Source of the DNA: Spirochaetia bacterium
GTDB taxonomy: Bacteria; Spirochaetota; Spirochaetia; CADAEX01
DNA length: 32,715 nt
Reading direction: 5' to 3'
NCBI GenBank assembly: GCA_963662265.2
Contig: CAXXHA010000038.1
Location: 1-32,715, forward strand
Both the position numbers and the translations under genes were made by a program. Below are positions 19,053 through 29,694 of this stretch, piece after piece. The notes below the pieces were generated by a model that saw only the letters and a program-made list of their open reading frames with translations, did not search any database and was not told where the DNA came from. The number at the start of each line of letters is the position of its first letter. The stretch's first letter is position 1.

Positions 19053-21818
19053 TTAATTCAGCATCCTGTTCACAACAGAGATAAGCTCTTTTCCAGTAAA
19101 TGGTTTTTTAATCAGCTGATCCACCCCGTATGGAAGTGTCTTTTCCATCAGCCCTTCACTGTATCCGGAACTCAGAAGCACAGGTATACTGCTGTTGATT
19201 TTTTTCACCTCTGCAGCCAGTTCATCTCCTGAGAGATCAGGCATTGTCATATCAGTGATTACAAGATCAAGAGATGAATGGTTATTTTTAAAATATTCAA
19301 GCCCTTCAAGAGCATCACTGAATGAATAGACTGAATGCCCCTCTCTTGTCAGAAATTTCTCCATCAGATCCAGAATCATGCTTTCATCATCAAATAAAAT
19401 TATACTGGACACTTTATCCACCTTTTCATCAAAAACTTCGACATCATCATTTTCCAGATATCCCTTATATATTTCGAAATAGAGAAGCACATTTGTACCT
19501 TCCCCGCGATGACTTTCAACTCTTATCCTGCCGCCCCACTGTTTAATCAGCCCATGAACAACCGACATTCCCATTCCCGATCCCTTTCCGACTTCCCTTG
19601 TTGTAAAAAAGGGATCAAAAATCCTTTCCCGGACCTCTTCACTCATGCCGCAGCCTGTATCTCTGAGAGAAATTTCCACAACTTCTGAATAAGTTATATC
19701 CGGAAATATCTTCTCGGCAATATACTTATCAAGTTTTGAAAGACTTATATCAAGACTGCCGCCGTCAGGCATAGCAAGTTTCGCATTTTTACATATATTA
19801 ATAAATATCTGATGTAGCTGACCTTCATCTGCCAGGACAATAAATTCATCTTCATAATTAAGATTAATTTTTATCGATCCGGGGAAGGAGGGTTTTATAA
19901 GCTTATATACTTCTTCTGCAATTGCTGTAATATTTACCGGCTTGATCTCACTTCTCCTGTCCCTGGCAAAATCAAGAATCTGCCCTGTCAGATCAACACC
20001 CCTGTTGGCCGCCTGCAGAATTGTACTGAATTTACCCCTTATTTCGGGATCAAGATCAGGTGCAATCTGCCCAAGCTCGGCATATCCCCTGATTATTGCC
20101 AGTATGTTATTAAAATCATGAGCAATCCCCCCTGCCAGGACTCCTATAGATTCTAGTTTCTGCCTGCGGTTAAGCTGCTGCTCCATACTTTTCCTCTTAT
20201 CTATATCCCGGATGCTTCCCCTGAAGCCTATGAAGCGGTTGTCGGAATCGAATATTTTCCTGCACTGCTGTTCCACCCACACAACAGCACCGTCCTTTCT
20301 GGTAATTCTGTACTCAAAACTGCTTTCTGTTTTATTTATATCAGAACAGCCTGTGCAGTAATCATCCCATATCTGCCCATCTTCAGTGTAAATAAGTTTC
20401 CCGAGAAGTGTGCTGTCATTCAGAAACTCATCCGCGCTGTACCCCGATATCCTCAGACAGGAAGGAGATGAATATATGAATTTCCTTTCAGATGTCTGCC
20501 AGAATTCCCAGTCATAGTTATAATCTGCAATTGTCCTGTATTTAGCCTCCATAGCAGATATCAGGTTATCAAATTCTTCCCTGTAGCTGAGATCCCTGAC
20601 TACTGCCAGTACAAAACCTTCATTGTTAAGCTTTATTGTTATAGCATTCACCTCGACAGGAACTTTTTCCCCGTCATATGTGAGATAAACAGATGTAAAA
20701 AGAAGATGACCTTCAGTTAAAAGCTTATTCTTTACCCATTGTATTTTATTCTGATCCTCATCAGCAGTCATATCAACCGGGGACAATTTCAGAAGCTCCT
20801 CTTTCGTATACCCGAACCTGTCACATGCAGTCCTGTTTACATCATAATATGCCCCGTTTTCACCCCTGGAGATCTTCATCATAAAAATAGAATCATTCAC
20901 ATCATTGAAAAGCGCTTTATAAACCTCTTCACTGGCAACCAGCTTTTGCCTGATATTTTTAACCCTGATACGGAGGAAAAAAATAAAAAGCACTGTGATA
21001 AAAACAAATGCTGAAAAAACTGAAAATGTTATATATACCCATGAGGGAACAACACTGTAAGGTTCTGCAAGAAGCCATTTGTCAAGAAGCTTGTAATATA
21101 TGGAATTATTATCCTGTTTAAGAATAGCCAGCTCCCTGTCTATAATATCAAGGAGTTCAGAATGGGTACCCTTTTTTACTGCGACAAGAGATCTTGCAGG
21201 TGAAAAAATAATCTCGGTTGCCTTTAACCTGCTGTTGTTTTTTATATAGAAATTATATGCGACAAGGGCATCAACCTGCCCCTTATCAAGTTCCATGTTT
21301 ATCTCTTCAAAACTGTTGTAGAAAACAGGAATAAACTGTATATCAAAGTCTTTCATAAGCTTTATGAAATTTTTCCCGTTCTGGTCACTGTTCAGCAATG
21401 CAACTTTTTTATTTTTCAGATCAAAAACAGATTCAATTTCTGAATCAGGAACAACAAAAACCTGGCTCCATGAGATAATAAAGGATTCTTTGTTGAAATC
21501 AAAATAATCTGTCCGGTCGAGGGTATATTTAATACCGGGAAATATATCTATTTCTCCGGACATTGTTTTAAGATAGGATTCCTGAAATGTATTTCCGCTG
21601 ACAAACTGTATTTCCACATTATTTTTACTGAAAATATACTGGAGAAGTTCCGGGAAAAAACCTGATGCTTTGCCGTTTGAACTGAGAAAAGCCATAGGAT
21701 TAACACCATCAAACACCGCAACTGTCACATTATCAGCAACATCGGCAAAAACAGGCATCCGAAAAAGAGATATCATACATAAAATGACAAGACAAAGAGT
21801 AATACTTCTTTTTTTCAT
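19053..21818 (-). CDS. Hybrid sensor kinase (periplasmic binding domain-TM-PAS-PAS-HisKA-HATPase-REC)
   Basis: Signal peptide, family-3 SBP-like domain, two PAS domains, LAGGIAHDFNN, FDPFFTT, GSGMG and REC DMTMP...KKPF. Confidence 0.92.
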   Translation of the reverse strand: MKKRSITLCLVILCMISLFRMPVFADVADNVTVAVFDGVNPMAFLSSNGKASGFFPELLQYIFSKNNVEIQFVSGNTFQESYLKTMSGEIDIFPGIKYTLDRTDYFDFNKESFIISWSQVFVVPDSEIESVFDLKNKKVALLNSDQNGKNFIKLMKDFDIQFIPVFYNSFEEINMELDKGQVDALVAYNFYIKNNSRLKATEIIFSPARSLVAVKKGTHSELLDIIDRELAILKQDNNSIYYKLLDKWLLAEPYSVVPSWVYITFSVFSAFVFITVLFIFFLRIRVKNIRQKLVASEEVYKALFNDVNDSIFMMKISRGENGAYYDVNRTACDRFGYTKEELLKLSPVDMTADEDQNKIQWVKNKLLTEGHLLFTSVYLTYDGEKVPVEVNAITIKLNNEGFVLAVVRDLSYREEFDNLISAMEAKYRTIADYNYDWEFWQTSERKFIYSSPSCLRISGYSADEFLNDSTLLGKLIYTEDGQIWDDYCTGCSDINKTESSFEYRITRKDGAVVWVEQQCRKIFDSDNRFIGFRGSIRDIDKRKSMEQQLNRRQKLESIGVLAGGIAHDFNNILAIIRGYAELGQIAPDLDPEIRGKFSTILQAANRGVDLTGQILDFARDRRSEIKPVNITAIAEEVYKLIKPSFPGSIKINLNYEDEFIVLADEGQLHQIFINICKNAKLAMPDGGSLDISLSKLDKYIAEKIFPDITYSEVVEISLRDTGCGMSEEVRERIFDPFFTTREVGKGSGMGMSVVHGLIKQWGGRIRVESHRGEGTNVLLYFEIYKGYLENDDVEVFDEKVDKVSSIILFDDESMILDLMEKFLTREGHSVYSFSDALEGLEYFKNNHSSLDLVITDMTMPDLSGDELAAEVKKINSSIPVLLSSGYSEGLMEKTLPYGVDQLIKKPFTGKELISVVNRMLN

Positions 21819-21900
21819 AACTATATGTAATATCCTTTTTTAATTAAAACACAGGAGACTTTATCCCCCCTCTTATATAAATTATATACAGAAGAGGAAA

Positions 21901-22578
21901 TTAATCATTATTTATTTTATTCAGATACCTGTAAATCGTAGGCTCGGAACATCCCAGCTGCTTTGCAGCTTCCCGGACAGCCCCTTTCATCATGAAAATA
22001 TTCTTCTGATTTAATAGTTCCACTATATTCAGCCTGTCATCCTGGGTAAGACGTTCTTTTGTAATATTATTATCAGAAAGATAATTCTTTATAACACCAT
22101 CTGCTTCTTCAGTTACGGAATCATAAAATATTTCTCCTGCATTATTCATAAGAGTATCAACAGAATCATATGAACTGTTAATCTCGACAAGCTGATCAGG
22201 ATGGCAGAGTTTCAGAATATTCTTACTTAGTTCCTTATAACGCCTGTCATCAAAATTAATACAGAGCATGCCAACTATATTTTTGTCATCATCCTTGATA
22301 TACATTGTTGATGAACGGAGTATTCTGTGATCCTTGGAGATACCATTGTAGTTAACTTTAAAATCCTGATCCTTATAACTTTCATCTGATATTACTTCAA
22401 GAGCGAAATTTGTAAGAGGTCCCCCGACCTGACGCTGGCTGACATGACCGTTTGCTATAGCTACGATTGAGTTTATATGATCCTCAGTATCATGCAGAAC
22501 AACTTCATAATCAGGCCCGAGAGTTTTTCCTAGAAATTCAACAACAATACTGTATTTTTTCTTTAAATCTTCATTCAT
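21901..22578 (-). CDS. YheO/DauR-like PAS-HTH transcriptional regulator
   Basis: EVVLHD, SIVAIANGHVSQRQVGGP, LRSST, GMLCINFD and the C-terminal F.MKGAV...A..LGCSEPTIYRYL. Confidence 0.9.
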   Translation of the reverse strand: MNEDLKKKYSIVVEFLGKTLGPDYEVVLHDTEDHINSIVAIANGHVSQRQVGGPLTNFALEVISDESYKDQDFKVNYNGISKDHRILRSSTMYIKDDDKNIVGMLCINFDDRRYKELSKNILKLCHPDQLVEINSSYDSVDTLMNNAGEIFYDSVTEEADGVIKNYLSDNNITKERLTQDDRLNIVELLNQKNIFMMKGAVREAAKQLGCSEPTIYRYLNKINND

Positions 22579-22701
22579 TTATTTATTCCGCCTGTTTAAA
22601 CTTATATACAGGATTACAAGTTAATACTGTTTCAACCTGCAAAGCAAGCTGCGTTTAACACCTGAATCATAATAATCCCTACAGGTGTTAAACCCTTTCA
22701 G

Positions 22702-22720
22702 TGATAATAAAATATTATCA
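22702..22720. promoter_or_regulatory. Palindromic operator TGATAAT-N5-ATTATCA upstream of the YheO-like gene
   Basis: TGATAATAAAATATTATCA; related copies lie upstream of ridA. Confidence 0.6.
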
Positions 22721-22954
22721 GCATGATATTCAAGTTTAATTTATTTCTTCTTATAATTTACCTGACTGATTCAGGAAACACTTTATTGTAATATTTTTTC
22801 TGCAGATAATAAAATCCCATAATTCAGAAAATTACAGGATTCACAACTGACAATATATATTTTTCTTATATTGCAGCCTGCTGAATACAGGCTGTCTATT
22901 ATATTATATCTGCCAGGATTCATACTCCGGGCAGAATTATTCATTTCAGCAGAA

Positions 22955-24304
22955 TCAGCCGATACCGCCGTAAATTATTCCGAGGATATAAACAATAATT
23001 GTTGCTCCGCAGAAAACATATTTTGTCATAGGCTCAAACCATTTTCCGATTTTCTTTTCACGACCTGTCTGTGCCTGTTCTCGTGCAAAACCTTTACCGC
23101 ATACCCAGAAAAACATGATTCCGGCAAGAAGAGCTCCAAGAGGGATTATATAGATTGATACAATATCCATCCATGTGCCGAGGGCTGCTCCGTTTTCAAG
23201 AACAAGTCCCACAGAAGCACTTACTGCAGCAACAATTGCAATAGAAACACCTCTTGAAAGCTTGAATCTCTGCTGAATCGCTTCTACAGGAGTTTCAAGA
23301 AGGTTCATAAGAGAACTAACCCCGGCAAAAAGAACTGCAACAAAGAATACAATTGAAAACAGGTACCCTGCAGGCATCATTTTAAAAACATTTGGCATTG
23401 TTATAAACATGAGAGGAGGACCTGCTGTAAGATCAAGACCGAAAACAAATACTGCAGGTATAATTACAACTGCAGCAAGAAGAGCTGCTATTGTATCATA
23501 TATTGCTACATTTTTTGCACAGCTGATTACATCTTCCGATTTCTTAAGATATGATCCATATACAACAGTCCCGGAACCGGCAAGTGAGAGTGAAAAGAAA
23601 GCCTGCCCCAGTGCATACACCCATGTTTTGGGACTTGCAAGAAGGTTCCACTTGGGAACAAAAAGATACTTGTACCCTTCCATTGAACCGGGAAGTGTAA
23701 GCACTCTTACAGCAAGGATAAGGAAAAGTATAAAAAAAGCAGGCATCATAACTTTGTTTACTTTTTCAATACCTTTTGCAATACCCATCATCATAATTAT
23801 AAAAGTTATTGCAAGACCAAGCATATGCCAGCTCACACTTCCGAGAGGACCTGCGATCTGCCCGAAATAAGCGCCGCTGTTCTCTGCCCTGATAACAGCA
23901 CCTGTAATTGAACCGACAGTAAACCTGAGTATCCATCCGACAACTACAGCATATCCTATTGCAATACCAAGTGATCCTATTACAGGAACAAGACCCAGCA
24001 GCTCGCCGTTCTTTTTACCCCGTCTTTCAAAGGCTTTTTTAAAAGCACCAAGAGGACCTGTCTGCATTGCACGTCCGAAAGACATTTCCCCGATAACACC
24101 TGATATTCCGATAAGTATAATAAAAAAGAAATAGGGAATTAGAAAAGCAGCTCCGCCGAACTGTCCCAGCCTGTATGGAAAAAGCCAGATATTAGCCATC
24201 CCTACTGCTGAACCTATACATGCAAGAATAAATCCGATTTTTGAATTAAAATTATCTCTGTTTTCTAGAGTAGTTTCTGTGAAGTTAGTATTTTTATCAG
24301 ACAC
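22955..24304 (-). CDS. Sodium-dependent amino-acid transporter, NSS (SLC6/TnaT-like) family
   Basis: GFILACIGSAVGMANIWLFPY, GGAAFLIPY and ALGQAFFSLS; many TM helices. Confidence 0.93.
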   Translation of the reverse strand: MSDKNTNFTETTLENRDNFNSKIGFILACIGSAVGMANIWLFPYRLGQFGGAAFLIPYFFFIILIGISGVIGEMSFGRAMQTGPLGAFKKAFERRGKKNGELLGLVPVIGSLGIAIGYAVVVGWILRFTVGSITGAVIRAENSGAYFGQIAGPLGSVSWHMLGLAITFIIMMMGIAKGIEKVNKVMMPAFFILFLILAVRVLTLPGSMEGYKYLFVPKWNLLASPKTWVYALGQAFFSLSLAGSGTVVYGSYLKKSEDVISCAKNVAIYDTIAALLAAVVIIPAVFVFGLDLTAGPPLMFITMPNVFKMMPAGYLFSIVFFVAVLFAGVSSLMNLLETPVEAIQQRFKLSRGVSIAIVAAVSASVGLVLENGAALGTWMDIVSIYIIPLGALLAGIMFFWVCGKGFAREQAQTGREKKIGKWFEPMTKYVFCGATIIVYILGIIYGGIG

Positions 24305-24681
24305 AACCTGACTCCTTATTTGTAATTCCGAAATTGATACAGACTGTTTTGCTGCATTTTAAAGCACTGCAGGTATAACAGCATCATGCTCCGGACACAG
24401 GTATCTCCACAATTCAAAATATGAAAAAAATAAGGAGAAATTCATGAAGAAACCTGTAATTTATTTATTTATTTAGACCGGCACCGATTTACCGGTATTT
24501 TCCGTACTGCTGTCAGCTGCCGGCCTCAATACAATCCTCCATAAATAGACAATAACGGGAGGACAGCATCAACTGTATCAGATACTGCTGAAAAACATTC
24601 TGCTTTCACATGTATCCTGATCCCCATCCGCCAAGCCCCGGGGCAGATATCCCTTCCGGCCGGCATAAAACATCCAGTTTT

Positions 24682-24716
24682 TAAAATACCTGCACCCTGT
24701 AGAAGAATGCAGGTAT
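24682..24716 (-). terminator. Hairpin after the lyase gene
   Basis: ATACCTGCA...TGCAGGTAT 9-bp stem immediately after the stop, with a short T run on the minus strand. Confidence 0.55.
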
Positions 24717-24721
24717 CAATA

Positions 24722-26104
24722 TTATTTCAACGGTTCAAGAAAAGCCTGAAAATGTCTGAGAACCGGTGGTTCCCATGTAATTCTGTAACCTTTCACATCT
24801 GCTGCTCTTTTCTTGATTTCAATAAGAGCATCAGCCATAACATCTATATGAGCCTGAGTATAAACTCGTCTTGGAATTGCAAGTCTTGTAAACTCAAACT
24901 TTGCATGAAGCTGCTCACCTGTATCAGGATCATTACCAAGCATGTAAGATCCGATATCACATGTTCTGATGCCAGCTTCCTTGTAAAGCTCTATTGCAAG
25001 TGCCTGGCCTGGAAATTCGTTGTAAGGAATATGAGGGAACATAGCTTTCGCATCAACAAATACCCCGTGCCCACCTACTGGTGACTGGTATGCAATACCT
25101 GCATCATCAAGCCTGGCAGCAAGATATTCCATCTGGCCGATTCTGTATCTCAGGTAGTTTTCATCAAGACCTTCGTAAAGACCTATTGAAAGCGCTTCAA
25201 GATCTCTTCCGGCAAGTCCTCCGTATGTTGTAAAACCTTCAAAGGAAATTGTTCTTCCCTTAAGAGCCCTGAAAAGTTCTTCATCATCTTTAATACCGAG
25301 AAGACCTCCCATATTTACGATAGTGTCTTTTTTTGCACTCATGGTAAACATATCAGCATAGCTGAAAAGCTCTGTGATAATCTCTTTGATTGATTTATCA
25401 GCATATCCTTCTTCTCTCTGTTTGATGAAGAAAGCATTTTCTGCATATCTTGCAGCATCAATATTCATTTTAATGCCGTATTTTTTACAAATTGCAGCTG
25501 TTTCCCTTACATTCTGCATTGAAACAGGCTGTCCTCCTGCAGAGTTGTTTGTAACAGTAACAATTACAAGTGCAACATTTTCAGGACCATGTTTTTTGAT
25601 AAGTTCTTCAAGTTTAACATTATCCATATTACCTTTAAATGGAGCTCTTTTTGCAGGATCTCCTGCTTCAGGAACTACACAGTCAATTGCTCTTGCGCCT
25701 GAAAGTTCAACATGAGCTCTTGTTGTGTCAAAGTGCATGTTGGAAATAGAATACTTGCCTTCACCCATAACTGCGCCGAAAAGAACTTTTTCAGCAGCTC
25801 TTCCCTGGTGAACCGGCTGAATATATTTATATCCAGTAATATCCTGTGCAGCTTCGAGAAGTTTGAAATAACTTGAAGCACCTGCATATGCCTCATCACC
25901 TCTCATAACACCAGCCCACTGTTCCTGGCTCATGGCATTTGTTCCGCTGTCAGTAAGAAGGTCAATATAAACATCCTCACCCTTAAGGTTGAACATGTTA
26001 TACTTAGCCTCAGCTATTTTCTGTTCTCTTTCCTCTCTTGTAAGCATCTTAATGGTTTCAACCATCTTGATTCTGAAAGGCTCCGGTACATACTTGATTC
26101 CCAT
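24722..26104 (-). CDS. tnaA: PLP-dependent beta-eliminating lyase, tryptophanase-like
   Basis: [26 protein letters not shown] and [13 protein letters not shown]-Lys motif SAKKD and C-terminal LRHF match tryptophanase; tyrosine phenol-lyase has SGKKD and LRFF. Confidence 0.75.
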   Translation of the reverse strand: MGIKYVPEPFRIKMVETIKMLTREEREQKIAEAKYNMFNLKGEDVYIDLLTDSGTNAMSQEQWAGVMRGDEAYAGASSYFKLLEAAQDITGYKYIQPVHQGRAAEKVLFGAVMGEGKYSISNMHFDTTRAHVELSGARAIDCVVPEAGDPAKRAPFKGNMDNVKLEELIKKHGPENVALVIVTVTNNSAGGQPVSMQNVRETAAICKKYGIKMNIDAARYAENAFFIKQREEGYADKSIKEIITELFSYADMFTMSAKKDTIVNMGGLLGIKDDEELFRALKGRTISFEGFTTYGGLAGRDLEALSIGLYEGLDENYLRYRIGQMEYLAARLDDAGIAYQSPVGGHGVFVDAKAMFPHIPYNEFPGQALAIELYKEAGIRTCDIGSYMLGNDPDTGEQLHAKFEFTRLAIPRRVYTQAHIDVMADALIEIKKRAADVKGYRITWEPPVLRHFQAFLEPLK

Positions 26105-26244
26105 AAAATAACCTCCTGGTCTTCTTTGTGATCTGCTCAGAACACACCTCGCACAGGATCATTAAAAAAGACCATCAAAAGGTGTAAGCAAATCGATTAT
26201 ATTTAAAATGAAATAATTTATTAAAAAAACAGATTAACAATCTG

Positions 26245-26628
26245 TTACTTTTTAAAAGCTATAGCCTCAATTTCAACAAGTGCATCTTTGGGAAGTCTTG
26301 CAACTTCTACAGCACTTCTCGCAGGATAATTGCTGTCTCCGAACATTTCTTTGTAGATCTCATTCATATCAGCAAAATTATTCATATCGCTTAAAAACAC
26401 TGTTGTCTTTAAAACATCATCAAGAGACAATCCATTTGATGCCAGAATTGCCTTGAGGTTTTCAAGAGACTGGCGTGTCTGTCCTTTTACACCGCCTTCC
26501 GCAAATTCACCTTTTGATGGATCTATAGGAAGCTGACCTGAAACAAAAACAAGCCCGGCTGCTTCTGTTCCCTGTGAATAAGGCCCTATTGCAGCAGGTG
26601 CCTTATCTGTTGATATTATTTTTTTCAT
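26245..26628 (-). CDS. ridA: RidA enamine/imine deaminase
   Basis: [15 protein letters not shown] and [23 protein letters not shown] with the catalytic Arg. Confidence 0.95.
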   Translation of the reverse strand: MKKIISTDKAPAAIGPYSQGTEAAGLVFVSGQLPIDPSKGEFAEGGVKGQTRQSLENLKAILASNGLSLDDVLKTTVFLSDMNNFADMNEIYKEMFGDSNYPARSAVEVARLPKDALVEIEAIAFKK

Positions 26629-26642
26629 TGTTTTTCCTCTCT

Positions 26643-26797
26643 TTACAATAATACTTTATCACCGTAATAATTATCTGTCAAGTTTTTAATAAAATTTTAT
26701 CACACAAATAGCGTTTTTTCTCATATACCTGTATTATTCGCTATTTTCGACCTCAAAAAGGCTTAAAAGTGTTTCTATTGATAATAATTTATTATCT
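26643..26797 (-). promoter_or_regulatory. ridA sigma70 promoter with three TGATAA-type operator sites
   Basis: Minus-strand TTGACA (26681-26676)-17 bp-TAAAGT (26658-26653). Sites at 26643-26661, 26684-26702 and 26779-26797. Confidence 0.6.
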
Positions 26798-27034
26798 TGA
26801 TTGTTGTATATTTACAAATCACAGTGCGGGGATTATATATTTCCTCCGCATATGCATGATTTTGCCGGATGTATAACAAAAATAACTACTTTAAATTATT
26901 CATCATCAATCGTATAATTAAAAATACAGTAATTTTCCACCGGTTAGTTTTAAACAGCCTGCAGCATAACATCACCTTACTTGATTTGTTTCAATACCGG
27001 ACCCGTCACTGTAATAGGAGAAAGGCGGTTAACA

Positions 27035-28363
27035 TTGAATAATCCAATACAGATTATAAGGTGTGATATTCTTAATCCCGTATCTGACAAATCTGCAGAA
27101 CTGATAAGGGACGGGGCTGCTGTAATTGAGTTAACAGAAACAGGTTCAACTAAGCCGGGATATGTTTTCAAAGAAACAGGCAGTTCAGAAGATATAATAA
27201 AAAAATACAGTTCAGGAAGCAACACAGAAATAATCGACAGGTCAGGAAAGCTTCTGATGCCCCCTTTTTTCGACATACATTTTCACTGGGTTCAGGATGA
27301 TGTAAGGGAAATGCCGAAGGAAAATCTCCTCAACTGGCTGAGAGATTATGTATGGCCTTATGAATCTAAATTCAGCGATCCGGAATATTCCGAAACAAAA
27401 TGCGCTGCATTTTCTGAAAAACTTCTTTCGGCGGGAACTCTGGGAGGAGCCTGCTACTGTTCCATACATGGTCATACAGTGGATCATGCTCTTAAATACT
27501 TCCGGGGAACATTCAAGGTGGGGAATGTTCTCATGACAATGAATTCGCCTTCCTACCTGACACAGGATGAGGCGGATGCTCTTGATATTGTATATGAAAA
27601 ATCAGCCCGCTATAAGGAAAAATACGCAGTAACTCCACGTTTCGCACCTACAACATCTCCCGGTGTCATGAAAAAATGTGCAGGAACTGCAGCGGATAAT
27701 AATTCATTCATACAGAGCCATCTGTCGGAAACTGTCAACGAAATAAATTTTGTTCTTTCAATATACAGGGATCTTGAAGGATTCAAGGATGCGGGAATAT
27801 ACACGGAAATATACAGCCGGTGCGGAGTACTGGGGCCGAGAACTATAATGGGGCACTGTATACATGTCTCAGATGCAGAACTTGAAATTTTAAGAGAAAC
27901 AGGAACTGCTATCGCACACTGCCCGTCATCAAACGCGCCTGTTTCAGAGAAAGGGCTTGGGTCGGGTCTTTTCGACTTCAGGAAAGCTGAAAAAGCGGGT
28001 GTAAAATGGGCGCTGGGTTCCGACATAGGAGGGGGGCCCTATCTTTCAATGTTTGATGTAATGAGATCATTTGTTCATCAGAACAGGGAAAAAAATATCA
28101 GGGAAGCAAGCTATACAAAAGCACTTTACCGGGCAACAGCGGCAGGGGCGGAAATTCTTGGAGTAGGAAAATCAAAGGGAAATATAAAAAAGGGGAAGTC
28201 TGCCGATTTCATACTGATAGACTCACCTGCATACAGGGAAAATGAAACTGCCGAAGATATTCTGAGAACAGTAATTGAAGAGAAGGCAGATAAGAGGGAC
28301 AGGTATATTGATCTTGTTCAGAGTACCTTTTTAGACGGCAGGGAAATATTTACAAGAAAATAA
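27035..28363 (+). CDS. guaD: Guanine deaminase (amidohydrolase)
   Basis: P.FFDIHFHWVQ, LLNWL, VTPRFAPT, QSHLSE, AHCPSSN, LGSGLF and GSDIGGG. TTG start chosen after an RBS (ORF open from 26981). Confidence 0.88.
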   Translation: MNNPIQIIRCDILNPVSDKSAELIRDGAAVIELTETGSTKPGYVFKETGSSEDIIKKYSSGSNTEIIDRSGKLLMPPFFDIHFHWVQDDVREMPKENLLNWLRDYVWPYESKFSDPEYSETKCAAFSEKLLSAGTLGGACYCSIHGHTVDHALKYFRGTFKVGNVLMTMNSPSYLTQDEADALDIVYEKSARYKEKYAVTPRFAPTTSPGVMKKCAGTAADNNSFIQSHLSETVNEINFVLSIYRDLEGFKDAGIYTEIYSRCGVLGPRTIMGHCIHVSDAELEILRETGTAIAHCPSSNAPVSEKGLGSGLFDFRKAEKAGVKWALGSDIGGGPYLSMFDVMRSFVHQNREKNIREASYTKALYRATAAGAEILGVGKSKGNIKKGKSADFILIDSPAYRENETAEDILRTVIEEKADKRDRYIDLVQSTFLDGREIFTRK

Positions 28364-28446
28364 TCTTTTCATGACAATGGTTTTTACTTAAAAAGAATTT
28401 ACCTGGTTATTTAACAGGTATCCCGTACATAAGCTTCAAAATACAA

Positions 28447-29544
28447 TCAACTTTTTGAACCATCTCCTTCATACTTTTCCTTTACAATGTAATAGTCATC
28501 GATCGTATCAATATCAATAAAATCACATTCCTCTTCCATCTCAACCTCAACAACAGAGGAAATATTATCCTCTGCAACTTTTCTCCCCCCCGTATCGCCT
28601 TCAAGCATAAGAAGTTCCCTGCCGTATGCAGATGAAAAGACTGCAGGGCTAACCCATTCGCTGTTATATACAGGAACAACTATGCTGCAGCTGTTTTTTA
28701 TAAAAACAGCTGCAAGCTTCCGTACAGTTTCCACAGACAGCATTACCTGGTCACAGGGGATAAACATATACCCGTCTGCAGAATACTTATCCGCAGCTTC
28801 TACCCCTTTCTTAACTGATTCAGAAATTCCTGAATCTCCCCGGTCGTTGCAAACAGTCTCAATATTCCAGTATTGGCTGCTCCCTGAAAGAATTTCCCGG
28901 TCACCTGAAACCACAATTATTGAGGAAAAAACATCTGCCTTTATCATATTTTCAACAGTAATCCGGTAAAGAGATTTACCGTTTATTTTTTCAAGAAGCT
29001 TGTTTTTATTGCCGAACCGGGCTGAGCTGCCGGATGCAAGTATAACTGCTGCAATATGAATCTTCCTGATTATTCTGTATTCAGTTTTTCTTCCTCTGAT
29101 TAAATTAATGAGAGAACCAAGATTTCTGTCTGAGACTGTCAGGTAAACATCATTGTTTTCAGCTTTGTCGAGAAGAAGGAGCAGTGAATCATAGAATCCC
29201 CTTCTTAAAACAAGTTCCATATTACCTATCTCATCGAGAAAAAAACTATGTCCCTTACCCGATTCCCTTTTAAAACTTTCAAAGACATATTTATATGTTT
29301 TCCTTCGGAATATGAACCGGGGATTTTCCTCATAATCTGAAAATATAATACCGCATTTTTCTTTATCAGCTATAAAAGGAATTCTTTCAGATGTCCCAGG
29401 ATCAAGAAGATCATACCCTGTTATAAGATTTTTTTCAGTTTTCTTGAATGTGACGAAGCCGAAAGGATCAGAGACCTTGCTGTAGTAGTCCAGAGCAGTC
29501 TCTGTTTTCCCGGAAGAACGGCCTCCGGCAATTATATATATCAT
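28447..29544 (-). CDS. Fusion of a P-loop NTPase (NTPase_1/THEP1-like) with a MocA/MobA-like nucleotidyltransferase
   Basis: N-terminal GGRSSGKT, GFVT, GYDL and LDEIG. C-terminal AVILASGSSARFG.NKLL, GISES, PCDQ, GDTGGR and DIDT. Confidence 0.8.
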   Translation of the reverse strand: MIYIIAGGRSSGKTETALDYYSKVSDPFGFVTFKKTEKNLITGYDLLDPGTSERIPFIADKEKCGIIFSDYEENPRFIFRRKTYKYVFESFKRESGKGHSFFLDEIGNMELVLRRGFYDSLLLLLDKAENNDVYLTVSDRNLGSLINLIRGRKTEYRIIRKIHIAAVILASGSSARFGNKNKLLEKINGKSLYRITVENMIKADVFSSIIVVSGDREILSGSSQYWNIETVCNDRGDSGISESVKKGVEAADKYSADGYMFIPCDQVMLSVETVRKLAAVFIKNSCSIVVPVYNSEWVSPAVFSSAYGRELLMLEGDTGGRKVAEDNISSVVEVEMEEECDFIDIDTIDDYYIVKEKYEGDGSKS

Positions 29545-29694
29545 CAGGACCTGCCGTTAACCTGCCCGGTGCTTTCCCCGCAAAATAAGGAAAACATCGG
29601 GATAAAATTCACATAATAAAACAGAAATTTCATATAAGCAGATTACAGCAACATTTCAACCATCTTTGCAGCATTATTCAAAACCTGAACATAA

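Noticed and set aside
24305-24721. Leader peptide or riboswitch in the long lyase-transporter spacer
   Set aside because: Only an 18-codon TTG ORF without Trp or Tyr was found on the minus strand, and no recognisable riboswitch or T-box motif.
24722-26104. Tyrosine phenol-lyase (tpl)
   Set aside because: Lacks the Tpl signatures SGKKD, ERG and LRFF.
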